Below, piece after piece: positions 17,994 to 26,402 of a stretch of 64,000 nucleotides of DNA. The stretch covers positions 4,500-68,499 of the forward strand of contig CACIBF010000003.1 in NCBI GenBank assembly GCA_902584815.1. Direction: 5' to 3'. The number at the start of each line of letters is the position of its first letter. Positions within the stretch are counted from its first letter, which is position 1. Below the pieces are notes generated by a model, which was given only the letters and a program-made list of their open reading frames with translations, searched no databases and was not told where the DNA came from. The DNA is from an uncultured Pelagibacteraceae bacterium. Lineage in GTDB: Bacteria > Pseudomonadota > Alphaproteobacteria > Pelagibacterales > AG-422-B15. A program made the position numbers and the translations under genes.

Positions 17994-18350
17994 TTATTCA
18001 CCCCATGCTCCTGCAAATTCGTAAACAATTGCAGGATTATCACCAACTACCATTCCGTCATGTCCAGGTTGAATAGAGTATGCGTCTCCAGCATGATAAG
18101 TAGCTTCAGTACCATCATTATGAACAGCTTTTACGCTTCCTTCTACAATAACACCAAGGTGTGTTGCCTGACAGCTTTCAGTGCCAACAGTTGGCTTGAC
18201 ATCATCAGACCATTTCCATCCTGGTTGAAGAGTCAGCTTTAATACTCTTTGGCCTCCAACATTGACAGCCTCAATACGTGCATTATTAAAATTTGTATTA
18301 ACTTCATCTGCACTACTAAAACTTTTTACTTCAATTGAATTCATAAACAA
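17994..18350 (-). CDS. Cupin-domain protein (small single-domain cupin)
   Basis: 118 aa. LQPGWKWSDDVKPTVGTESCQATHLGVIVEG..DGTE..GDAYSIQPGHDGMVVGD is the conserved pattern of a widespread about 110-aa cupin_2 family. The second Met (18344) is better spaced from the AAAGGA RBS. Confidence 0.7.
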   Translation of the reverse strand: MFMNSIEVKSFSSADEVNTNFNNARIEAVNVGGQRVLKLTLQPGWKWSDDVKPTVGTESCQATHLGVIVEGSVKAVHNDGTEATYHAGDAYSIQPGHDGMVVGDNPAIVYEFAGAWGE

Positions 18351-18397
18351 CGTCCTTTCTATTTTATTGTGAGTAAATTATAATATCAGGATTATAA

Positions 18398-18691
18398 TTA
18401 ATTTGGAAAATTAATTAGAGCCTCTTCAGTCATAACAGTCATTTGAGTAGTTTCTGTTAAAGCGCCAGCATCTTGTCTAGCTTTAATCAGTTCCTCGTCA
18501 TTCTTAAATGCCATGAGACCTTCTTTATCCTCATAATGCATTATTACGACCATTGAATTATCATCTTCAGCGTGTGATCCAGCAAATAAGATCTTACCTT
18601 TAAATCCTTCTAATTTGTGTCCATTCTCATGAACCATATCTTTCCACGATTTAAAACCTTTAGATAACTTTTGGGTTAACATTACATACAT
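18398..18691 (-). CDS. Small hypothetical protein, probably a ferredoxin-like alpha+beta fold (resembles my memory of DUF3764-type marine proteins)
   Basis: 97 aa with a strong AGGAGA RBS. Pattern SWKDMV..K..F.G...DD...VVIMHYEDKEGLMAF...E. The family assignment is tentative. Confidence 0.4.
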   Translation of the reverse strand: MYVMLTQKLSKGFKSWKDMVHENGHKLEGFKGKILFAGSHAEDDNSMVVIMHYEDKEGLMAFKNDEELIKARQDAGALTETTQMTVMTEEALINFPN

Positions 18692-18708
18692 AATTAATTC
18701 TCCTTTTT

Positions 18709-19086
18709 TTATTTCTCCATAGTTGCAATAACTTCTGCATTAAAAGACATATCACTTTGATATTCAGACATTTTTGCCATTGTCTCAGCTCCAGGATGAG
18801 ACTGCCATAATTCAAAATGTTTCATCGCACCTTGATCTGTTACATAGGCCTCATACAAAGAATAAATGGTTTTACCTGACGGCCCTTTCTCTAAATCGTT
18901 ATCTATGTATTGAGGGGCTTTTGAAACTGAGTAATCAACAATCCTAGGTTCAGCATCGCCCGACAGATTATGGGTTTCTCTCATCCATGTCTCGTGCTCT
19001 TGAAAAAACTGTTCTACCTCAGATATCATATTTTCAGGCACAATCCACTGAGTAGCTATTGTGTAGTGTGATTTATTTGTTGTCAT
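18709..19086 (-). CDS. Small hypothetical protein, ABM/dimeric alpha-beta-barrel-like
   Basis: 125 aa. HYTIATQWIVPE..VEQFFQEHETWMRETH..IYSLYEAYVTDQGAMKHFE resembles ABM-type barrels. No secure family call. Confidence 0.4.
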   Translation of the reverse strand: MTTNKSHYTIATQWIVPENMISEVEQFFQEHETWMRETHNLSGDAEPRIVDYSVSKAPQYIDNDLEKGPSGKTIYSLYEAYVTDQGAMKHFELWQSHPGAETMAKMSEYQSDMSFNAEVIATMEK

Positions 19087-19115
19087 AATTATTTATGTCT
19101 CTTTCTTTAGATTGT

Positions 19116-19496
19116 TTACTTCGTCATAGCGTTAAATGCAGTTAAAGTATCATCAAAAGTCATCATAACTTTCATTTGATTGTCCTCAACTTCAAAGTAA
19201 TGACCAAACATTGTATCCATTCCATCTGCAGTGCCTTTTACTAAAGCAAACACTTTATTGCCTTCACTAATCATTGATATAGGTGTAACCATGAAATTAT
19301 TCCAGTACTCAGGAATCTTAGACATATTTGCTATGAAATTTTCTTTACCTTTATGTACACCTGATAGTGGATGCTTACCTTCTTCTCCAGGAAACGTCCA
19401 TGTTATATCGTTATGCACTATTTCGCCAAAAAATGTCTCCATATCTCCCGCGCCAAACAGGTCATATCCTTTTTGAACAACTTCTTTTGCTTCCAT
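19116..19496 (-). CDS. SnoaL-like / NTF2-family protein (ketosteroid-isomerase-like)
   Basis: 126 aa with an AGGAGA RBS. VVQKGYDLFGAGDMETFFGEIVHNDITWTFPG..GKENF is the typical N-terminus of COG3631-type NTF2-like proteins. Confidence 0.6.
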   Translation of the reverse strand: MEAKEVVQKGYDLFGAGDMETFFGEIVHNDITWTFPGEEGKHPLSGVHKGKENFIANMSKIPEYWNNFMVTPISMISEGNKVFALVKGTADGMDTMFGHYFEVEDNQMKVMMTFDDTLTAFNAMTK

Positions 19497-19517
19497 TTTT
19501 TTTCTCCTTTTATAAAA

Positions 19518-19805
19518 TTAATAAACTTCTTCGTGATAGATAATCTCAGGCTCTTTAGTGGACATTTCCACTAACTTAGGTATATCTCCAATTTCAACTC
19601 TCCAATTAACATACGTTTGATGAGCATCTTTATTATCCCAAACTTCATATAAAATTACCTCATTTGCTTCTTTATTAAACCCACCTTTAATAAGTTTACA
19701 ACCTTCATATGATTGGGTATCGGATAGATTATTTCTAAACCAATCATTCATTTCATTAGCTTTATCCGGTTGAGGAAAAAATTTTACTGTTACTACTGTT
19801 GACAT
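19518..19805 (-). CDS. Antibiotic-biosynthesis-monooxygenase (ABM) domain protein
   Basis: 95 aa with an AGGAGA RBS. VVTVKFFPQP..EGCKLIKGGFNKEANEVILYEVWDNKDAHQTY is the classic ABM pattern. Confidence 0.55.
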   Translation of the reverse strand: MSTVVTVKFFPQPDKANEMNDWFRNNLSDTQSYEGCKLIKGGFNKEANEVILYEVWDNKDAHQTYVNWRVEIGDIPKLVEMSTKEPEIIYHEEVY

Positions 19806-19807
19806 AT

Positions 19808-20134
19808 TTATTCTCCTGGCTTCTTGTAATTTTCTGATGCCGTTTTAGCTTTTGTAACAATTGATTTCATATCAACTTCTTCGAGTATATCCATACTTGT
19901 CATTACTCCTGATGACATGACTGCAATTTTCATGCTAGCTACTGTATCGAAATCCAGCCCATCTATTCCAACAATGACATCACTTGAACCTCTTACAATG
20001 CTAAACATTGAAACACTGCCGCCCATTGACTCTACAAATTGGGTAATTGCTGCTGACCGATCAGAGTCTGGATTACTCATCATGCCCGTTAAAGCATGAC
20101 TTGCATAAGTGCCAAGTATATAAAACTTACTCAT
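19808..20134 (-). CDS. GYD-domain protein
   Basis: 108 aa with an AAGGAG RBS. Aligns by eye to GYD proteins: MSKFYILGTYAS..G......R.AAITQFVESMGGSV..F....GSSDVIV.ID..D...A....AV.SSG. Confidence 0.55.
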   Translation of the reverse strand: MSKFYILGTYASHALTGMMSNPDSDRSAAITQFVESMGGSVSMFSIVRGSSDVIVGIDGLDFDTVASMKIAVMSSGVMTSMDILEEVDMKSIVTKAKTASENYKKPGE

Positions 20135-20262
20135 ATAATATCTCCTTTGAAATAAGAGAATTATGAACTAATTAGATGACAATTATATGAACTTTTTTAT
20201 AACTATTAATTATACCAAAAAAAATAGCCTGATAGCTTATAAAATATTATAAATTAAGAATT

Positions 20263-21099
20263 ATGACTGAGATTACTGTTTATACATATGCTGTCCCAAT
20301 TATTATTGCTTTAATATTAGGAGAGGCAATTTATTCAAATATCAAAGGATTAAGTTTTTATAAAGTAAATGACACCTTAGGTTCATACGGTTTATTAGCC
20401 GGCAATGTTGTGGTTAGCCTTCTAACAAAAGGCTCTTTTCTTTTGTTTAATATTTATCTCTATCAATTCAGACTTTTCACAATTAATGATCTCATGCATG
20501 TTTTTTTTGTGGTCGTACTAACATTTGCAGCCATAGATTTCATTTACTATTGGTTTCACCGCTGCTCGCATAGAATAAAATTTTTATGGGCAATGCACAT
20601 GAACCATCATTCTAGCGAAGAAATGAATTTTGTTGTCTCATTGCGACAAGCATGGTTTGCGCCATTTGCAAAAGTTATTTTCTTTATGCCTTTGCCCCTT
20701 ATTGGATTTGATCCCTTGATTACTGTAGTTGTTGGAATTGCCTCAACATTTTGGGGTGTAATAGGCCATACTCAATGGATCAATAAACTTGGACCATTGG
20801 AATATATCTTTGTTACTCCTTCTCATCATCGTGTTCACCATGGTTCAAATGATCAATATATTGATAAAAACTTTGGAAATCTTTTAATCATTTGGGATAA
20901 ATTTTTTGGAACATTTGAACCTGAAAATGAAAAAGTTATATATGGAATAAAGGAAAATGTTAAAACATTTAACCCTTTTAAAATTACGTTCATGCTTTGG
21001 ATTAAGATGTATGAAGAGTCTAAGTCTGCAGTTGGATTTAAAGAAAAATTCTTAAGTTTCTTCGGGACTCTTGAATGGAAACCTAAAAAATTACAATAA
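20263..21099 (+). CDS. Fatty-acid hydroxylase / sterol desaturase family membrane oxygenase
   Basis: 278 aa. His boxes HRCSH, HMNHH and HHRVHHG within a multi-TM protein. Confidence 0.8.
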   Translation: MTEITVYTYAVPIIIALILGEAIYSNIKGLSFYKVNDTLGSYGLLAGNVVVSLLTKGSFLLFNIYLYQFRLFTINDLMHVFFVVVLTFAAIDFIYYWFHRCSHRIKFLWAMHMNHHSSEEMNFVVSLRQAWFAPFAKVIFFMPLPLIGFDPLITVVVGIASTFWGVIGHTQWINKLGPLEYIFVTPSHHRVHHGSNDQYIDKNFGNLLIIWDKFFGTFEPENEKVIYGIKENVKTFNPFKITFMLWIKMYEESKSAVGFKEKFLSFFGTLEWKPKKLQ

Positions 21100-21109
21100 G
21101 GAAAATATT

Positions 21110-21973
21110 ATGACAAAATTAAAAGGAAAAACATTATTTATAACAGGAGCTACTCGTGGAATTGGTTTTGCAATTGCTAAAAAAGCAGCGATGGATGGAG
21201 CTAATATTGTAATTGCTGCTAAAACAACAGAGCCTCACCCTACTCTTCCTGGAACTATTTATACTGCAGCTGATGAATTGAAAGAAGCTGGAGGCAATGC
21301 AATTGGAATAAAGACAGATATTCGTTTTGAAGAAGAAGTTAATGCAGCTGTTGAGCAGGCAGTAACAGAGTTTGGCGGAATTGATATATGTGTGAATAAT
21401 GCAAGTGCAATTAGTCCTACCCCTACACTTCAAACTGACATGAAGAGATATGACTTAATGCATAATATAAACACCCGTGGTACTTTTTTGGTTTCAAAAA
21501 CATGTATTCCACATCTAAAAAAAGCTGAGAACCCGCATATTTTAAATTTAGGACCACCTTTAAATATGGAGGGTAATTGGTTCGCACCCCATGTGGCTTA
21601 CACAATGGCTAAATATGGAATGAGCATGTGCACATTAGGTATGTCTGAAGAATTAAAATCATCAGGTATTGCCGTTAATTCATTATGGCCTAGAACAATG
21701 ATCAATACTTCAGCTGTTACAAATATTCTTGCAAAAAGCATGGAAGATAAGGGTTTAAGTAAGTGCAGAACTCCAGAAATTATGGGTGATGCTGCTTATA
21801 TAATCTTAACTCAAGATTCAAAAAAGTTTACTGGAAACATGTGTGTTGATGATAGCACAATCATTAAATCTGGAAAAACTGACTTAAGTGAATACTTGGC
21901 TACACCTGATGCAGATCCTTTCCCTGACTTTTTTGTAAATAAAGATGACGGAAACGATATTGTTTTAGATTAA
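21110..21973 (+). CDS. Short-chain dehydrogenase/reductase, HSDL2-like
   Basis: The track ORF starts at 21071, but the Met at 21110 follows an AAGGAAAA RBS. LKGKTLFITGATRGIG, ANIVIAAKTTEPHPTLPGTIYTAA (HSDL2-like), VNNASAI, YTMAKYG (YxxxK). Confidence 0.8.
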   Translation: MTKLKGKTLFITGATRGIGFAIAKKAAMDGANIVIAAKTTEPHPTLPGTIYTAADELKEAGGNAIGIKTDIRFEEEVNAAVEQAVTEFGGIDICVNNASAISPTPTLQTDMKRYDLMHNINTRGTFLVSKTCIPHLKKAENPHILNLGPPLNMEGNWFAPHVAYTMAKYGMSMCTLGMSEELKSSGIAVNSLWPRTMINTSAVTNILAKSMEDKGLSKCRTPEIMGDAAYIILTQDSKKFTGNMCVDDSTIIKSGKTDLSEYLATPDADPFPDFFVNKDDGNDIVLD

Positions 21974-22599
21974 CGCCCTTTTGTTTTTCGATAAAAATAT
22001 ATCATTACAAAGTAATATATTGGCGTTGCAAGAACCCAAACAATTTGACCTTGAAATGTAACTTCACGACCAAATATTGAGAATAATGATGGATTGAACC
22101 AAGGTCCTAAAGGCATTAGAGGTGCCCATGACAATCGTGCATCACCACCAACTTGATTATAATATAACACAATTTCAACCCAAATATTTTGAATTAAAAA
22201 CCACGATAACAATATAACAAAAGCAGGGAGTAGAAATTTTTCAAAAGGAGAATTATTATTTTTAAATATATAGGATAAAAGAATAATACCAAACCAAACA
22301 ATTGATACATCACCTAAAGAATTTGTGATCCAATTAATTGAACTTGGAATAGCACAGCTTAACGCCTCTGATCTTCTTAAATCAACAGCTTGGCCATCAA
22401 GTAGACCAAAATTCAACCATATTTCCCATCCAAACATTGCAATGAAAAAAGATGAAATGATTGTATACGTGATCCACGTCTTCATCATTCCTTTATAGGT
22501 GAGATAAGCAAAAAGAATAAACGGAGAAACAGAAACAGTATAAACCACTACAACTCTTCGCCACTCAATAGAGTCTAATCCACAATCAAAAAGCCACAT
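21970..22599 (-). CDS. Hypothetical integral membrane protein
   Basis: 209 aa, about 6 hydrophobic segments, Trp-rich. No family recognised. Confidence 0.5.
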   Translation of the reverse strand: MWLFDCGLDSIEWRRVVVVYTVSVSPFILFAYLTYKGMMKTWITYTIISSFFIAMFGWEIWLNFGLLDGQAVDLRRSEALSCAIPSSINWITNSLGDVSIVWFGIILLSYIFKNNNSPFEKFLLPAFVILLSWFLIQNIWVEIVLYYNQVGGDARLSWAPLMPLGPWFNPSLFSIFGREVTFQGQIVWVLATPIYYFVMIYFYRKTKGR

Positions 22600-22612
22600 A
22601 ACTACTATTAGA

Positions 22613-22960
22613 CTAGTTTATTTTATCTAGATAACACCCTTTTTTTCCATTGAAGATCGATTGCACCGCTCTATCTCCAAGAGATACTGATACTTCAAAC
22701 ACATCAGCATCAATATCAACTTTCATAGAATTTGCAGCATCTGCAAGATTGGGGTCATCCAAAACTTGTTCCATAAAATTATTTAGTGAATCACTGCAAT
22801 GATCTGGATTTAACTTTGATACAAAGATACAAGTGCAATAATGCTTAGAAACAGCTCCAATAAAAATGCCAGTCTCGTCAGAAAATGCATTGTTTATTGG
22901 AAAAATTAATATCGATAATAATAAAAATAGAATATATTGTGTTTTTTTTAGGGACTTCAT
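22613..22960 (-). CDS. Small secreted Cys-containing hypothetical protein
   Basis: 115 aa. Signal peptide MKSLKKTQYILFLLLSILIFPINNAFS and 4 Cys in the mature part. Confidence 0.45.
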   Translation of the reverse strand: MKSLKKTQYILFLLLSILIFPINNAFSDETGIFIGAVSKHYCTCIFVSKLNPDHCSDSLNNFMEQVLDDPNLADAANSMKVDIDADVFEVSVSLGDRAVQSIFNGKKGCYLDKIN

Positions 22961-22961
22961 A

Positions 22962-24062
22962 ATGAAAACTATAATTTCAACATTACTAGTGTTTTTTTAT
23001 TTAATGGTCAATGTTTTAGCATTATCGCCACAAAAAAAGCATGACCCAAATGTAAATTGGCCAACAAACGAATGGACAATAAACACTGAAAACTTCATTG
23101 GAAATTCAGCTTTTAACAATAAAATCGAAAAATTATTTTCAAGTGACTCATATGGTATGTACGGAAAAACGAACTCTCTTTTAATAATTCAAAATGGAGA
23201 GATTATTTTTGAAAGATATAATGAAAGTATAAAAAGTGATACCAAGCTAGTGTCTTGGTCAATGGCAAAAAGTTATACTGCAGCAATTACCGGCATTATG
23301 TTAGACAAAGGCTATATTTCGAGTGTAGATGAAAAAAATTTGCTACCTAATTGGAACGATCTAAGAAAAGAAATTACAATTGACCATCTACTGAATATGA
23401 AACCTGGTCTTGAATTTATTGAGGAATACACAATTGAAGGCAGATCTGATACTGCAGAAATGTTATTTGATGAAGGAATGTTAAATCAAGCAAAATTTGC
23501 AGCTAATTATCCTCTAATAAAACTTCCGGGCACTTTTTATAACTACTCAACTGGTACCACAAATATACTTAGCTATATTCTTAAGAATAAACTTAATGAG
23601 AATGGATTAGATTATTTTGATTTCATTAACCAAAGTCTGCTGCGACCACTTGGATTAAAAGACACTACTTTAGAGTTCGATAAATCAGGAACTTTTATTG
23701 GTGGATCATCTATTTATGCTTCTACGCGAGACTATGCAAAGTTTGGCTATCTATATTTAAGAGATGGCGTTTGGGACAAAGAACAAATAATTTCAAAAAA
23801 ATGGATCGATGAAACACGAATTCCATCAAAACATACATATAATATGTATAGCAACAAATTTTGGCACGTGAATAAATATTGGAAAAATTCATTTAATTTT
23901 CCAGAAGATACATACTATTGCGCTGGCTTTGGTGGGCAATATATTATGATAATTCCTTCAAAAGACTTAGTAGTGGTAAGGCTTGGAGAGACATACAATA
24001 CGTCAACTGATGATTTATTATCTTTCTTAGGTGAAATTGTTGTTGAAGTACCATCTAAATAG
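22962..24062 (+). CDS. Serine hydrolase, beta-lactamase/esterase (class C-like) family, secreted
   Basis: The track ORF starts at 22866, but the signal peptide MKTIISTLLVFFYLMVNVLA starts at 22962. SxxK motif WSMAKS; YNYSTGTTNIL (Y-x-N region). Confidence 0.75.
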   Translation: MKTIISTLLVFFYLMVNVLALSPQKKHDPNVNWPTNEWTINTENFIGNSAFNNKIEKLFSSDSYGMYGKTNSLLIIQNGEIIFERYNESIKSDTKLVSWSMAKSYTAAITGIMLDKGYISSVDEKNLLPNWNDLRKEITIDHLLNMKPGLEFIEEYTIEGRSDTAEMLFDEGMLNQAKFAANYPLIKLPGTFYNYSTGTTNILSYILKNKLNENGLDYFDFINQSLLRPLGLKDTTLEFDKSGTFIGGSSIYASTRDYAKFGYLYLRDGVWDKEQIISKKWIDETRIPSKHTYNMYSNKFWHVNKYWKNSFNFPEDTYYCAGFGGQYIMIIPSKDLVVVRLGETYNTSTDDLLSFLGEIVVEVPSK

Positions 24063-24064
24063 TA

Positions 24065-24469
24065 ATGACTAATAAAAGGGTTACTAATAAAAACTCATTG
24101 AATTTTAAACCTTTCAATAGATATGGGCAGGTTATTCCCGGAATGTCATGGCATAAAATAAGCTATGACGATGATACTCATATCGGCTCATATATTTCAA
24201 AGCTTGAACCAGGTACTAAGACCATCCCTCATAGACACACAGGCAATGAAGAATTTTATATTATTGAAGGTGAATTAATTGACTCAGACGGTACTATTTT
24301 TAAAAAAGGGGATTTTGTCTCTTTTGAGCCTGGGAGTGAACACAGCTCATATACAAAAACTGGATGTATGATCTTAACTTTTATGAGAGGTATAAATGAA
24401 ATTATATCTAGTAATGATAAAGATGATGAAACTTTGCTGTCATGCAAAACTAGTCGATATGATGAATAA
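24065..24469 (+). CDS. Cupin-domain protein (ChrR-C-terminal-like)
   Basis: 134 aa. KLEPGTKTIPHRHTGNEEFYIIEGEL.D.DG....GDFV.FEPGSEH. Confidence 0.6.
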   Translation: MTNKRVTNKNSLNFKPFNRYGQVIPGMSWHKISYDDDTHIGSYISKLEPGTKTIPHRHTGNEEFYIIEGELIDSDGTIFKKGDFVSFEPGSEHSSYTKTGCMILTFMRGINEIISSNDKDDETLLSCKTSRYDE

Positions 24470-24482
24470 ATGTTAAAAAGAC

Positions 24483-24710
24483 TTATTTTTCATTATTTCT
24501 GAAAAAAGGTATCAAAAAAACGATACACGCAACTAAAAAGAATACACTCCCAAACATTGCCCAAAAACTTCCAATGCTGGATATACAAAAGCCAATAGCA
24601 GAAATTATAAAAAGTATCCAACCAACAAAATTGATATTTTTATTCGACATATTTTCTAATTTTGAGTGTTTTAATTTTTGTACATTATTGTTAACATATC
24701 CACATGTCAA
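24483..24710 (-). CDS. Small two-TM membrane protein, hypothetical
   Basis: 75-aa ORF. The internal Met at 24650 (MSNKNINFVGWILFIIS...) may be the true start and would avoid the divergent overlap with 24704. Confidence 0.35.
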   Translation of the reverse strand: MTCGYVNNNVQKLKHSKLENMSNKNINFVGWILFIISAIGFCISSIGSFWAMFGSVFFLVACIVFLIPFFRNNEK

Positions 24711-25801
24711 ACGATGTTAAATTCTTCGATAGCCGACAAAGATATTTATTATTTGTTACAACGACTAATGAAAAAGCTATCATTTCAGAAAAACTGTCTC
24801 ATTTAATTGATGATCTCGAGCCATCAAAACCTGCACTAAAAATCTTCGACGCTGGTGTTGGAGATGGAGCTGTTCTTATGAATGTACTCCGTATTTGTCA
24901 TCAAAAGTTCCCAACTACTCCAATTTATGTTTCTTGTAAGGATGTCAGTATGGAAGATGCAAGATTAACAATTGAGAAGTTAGCAGATAGACTTGTAGAG
25001 CATCCAAATATGGTATTTGTGATTTCTAATCTTCATTATGCTGAGGCAGGTCATTTAAGATCTAGAAATGATGAAAAGCAAAAAAAAATGAATTGGAATG
25101 AGGTTGCTCTTGAAGGAAATTCATCATATGGATTTTATGAACAATTAAGAAAATTAGGTCCAATTCTTAAAGAAAGTTGGAGAGTCGAAGAAAATAAGTT
25201 TGGCAATACAACCTATGAAAATCCATCGGTCATGGTTATTTATAGAAAGGACTATGAGTATGCGCTAGATCAAATCATTCCTACAATTGATAATTCTTTT
25301 AATGAGTTTGACTTAGTTATGGTATCACAGGCATATAGGTCTAGAGCAACAGTCGAAAAAAAAGTTAATCTTGTTGTTAAACCAATGATTGATTTAATTA
25401 CAAAAAATGGAAAATTAGCAATCTTTCACTCCTGTGGTGATGATCCAGGACTAGAAGCGATCACTAAATTATGGCCTGAAGAAAATCCTTTCCCAAATAA
25501 GGGGGAAGAAATGATACAACATTTAAAACAAAGTTATATTAATGATTCCTCTCTTACTTTCAAAAAACCTGAAGTTTTTAAATATAAACTTCGTTCTCAA
25601 CCAAATGAGATTAATAGTGGGATTGCAACATCATTGGTTTTCTCTGCTTGGAACGCGTGTACATATGTAGCTCAAATGAGTGATCAAATGGTAAAAGAAA
25701 AAGAAGCAGATCAAAGTTATATAAAATGTGTTGAAGATATCATTCGTGATAACGATGGCCTTTGGTTTAACGATGAATTACTAGTAATTGAGAGAAACTA
25801 A
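24704..25801 (+). CDS. Hypothetical protein with class-I SAM-methyltransferase-like motifs
   Basis: 365 aa. Motif-I-like LKIFDAGVGDGAV, post-I VSCKDVS, later FDLVMVSQAY and KNGKLAIFH, with a large insertion between them. The assignment is tentative. Confidence 0.4.
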   Translation: MSNDVKFFDSRQRYLLFVTTTNEKAIISEKLSHLIDDLEPSKPALKIFDAGVGDGAVLMNVLRICHQKFPTTPIYVSCKDVSMEDARLTIEKLADRLVEHPNMVFVISNLHYAEAGHLRSRNDEKQKKMNWNEVALEGNSSYGFYEQLRKLGPILKESWRVEENKFGNTTYENPSVMVIYRKDYEYALDQIIPTIDNSFNEFDLVMVSQAYRSRATVEKKVNLVVKPMIDLITKNGKLAIFHSCGDDPGLEAITKLWPEENPFPNKGEEMIQHLKQSYINDSSLTFKKPEVFKYKLRSQPNEINSGIATSLVFSAWNACTYVAQMSDQMVKEKEADQSYIKCVEDIIRDNDGLWFNDELLVIERN

Positions 25802-25905
25802 TGCTCAAAAAAATATTAGATTTTGTAGGTGGACAAGTTGCATTGGCTTATATAATTGCTTTTTCAATACTATTCATATCAATGATTTATATCGGGTTTT
25901 TTTAG
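25801..25905 (+). CDS. Possible 34-aa membrane micro-protein, translationally coupled
   Basis: Hand-translated MLKKILDFVGGQVALAYIIAFSILFISMIYIGFF. Its ATG overlaps the upstream stop (TAATG at 25799-25803). Below the track cutoff. Confidence 0.3.
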   Translation: MLKKILDFVGGQVALAYIIAFSILFISMIYIGFF

Positions 25906-25934
25906 TCACTTTCAAAGTAAAAATAAATGAAGAA

Positions 25935-26402
25935 CTAATTAGCCCTTTCTCGTAATGCTTTAAGGCTATCTTTTGGCCAGACAGTATCTCTATCATACAT
26001 GGCATCAAAACAATTTTTAATTCCATCTAAATTAATCCAGGGATCTTTATCTTTAACAAAGATATGTGCTTGTGGAGGAAATCGATTGTGATCATTAAGA
26101 GTTTTTGTTCTTAGAGCTATCCTCTTCTCAGGTTCAGCGATTTTATATTTGCAATAAATATAGACCCCGCACTTAGTGCAAAAATAAGCTCTTTGTCCTG
26201 CTCCACTGCCTGTAGGTAAATCAGTTGATTCTACTTCACCATCTATTGAAAAATCATCTTCATGGATCATTGAATGAATAACATATGAAGAACCAGTTGA
26301 TTTTTTACAGTCTTTACAATGACAGGCCTGAGTAAAATAAGGTTTTGCTGAAATTGAATAGTTTACTTGGCCACAGGCGCAACTTCCGCTGTAAAAAGAC
26401 AT
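25935..26402 (-). CDS. GFA-family protein (glutathione-dependent formaldehyde-activating / CENP-V-like Zn protein)
   Basis: 155 aa. GSCACGQVNY, CHCKDCKKSTGS and YFCTKCG cysteine motifs. Confidence 0.8.
   Translation of the reverse strand: MSFYSGSCACGQVNYSISAKPYFTQACHCKDCKKSTGSSYVIHSMIHEDDFSIDGEVESTDLPTGSGAGQRAYFCTKCGVYIYCKYKIAEPEKRIALRTKTLNDHNRFPPQAHIFVKDKDPWINLDGIKNCFDAMYDRDTVWPKDSLKALRERAN

Noticed and set aside
21071-21109. Longer N-terminal extensions offered by the ORF track for the SDR (21071), the serine hydrolase (22866) and rnd (54965).
   Set aside because: The extensions overlap neighbouring genes and precede the recognisable N-terminal motif: an RBS plus TGxxxGIG for the SDR, the signal peptide for the hydrolase, and the exonuclease domain for rnd. 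Internal Met codons at 21110, 22962 and 55019 fit better.
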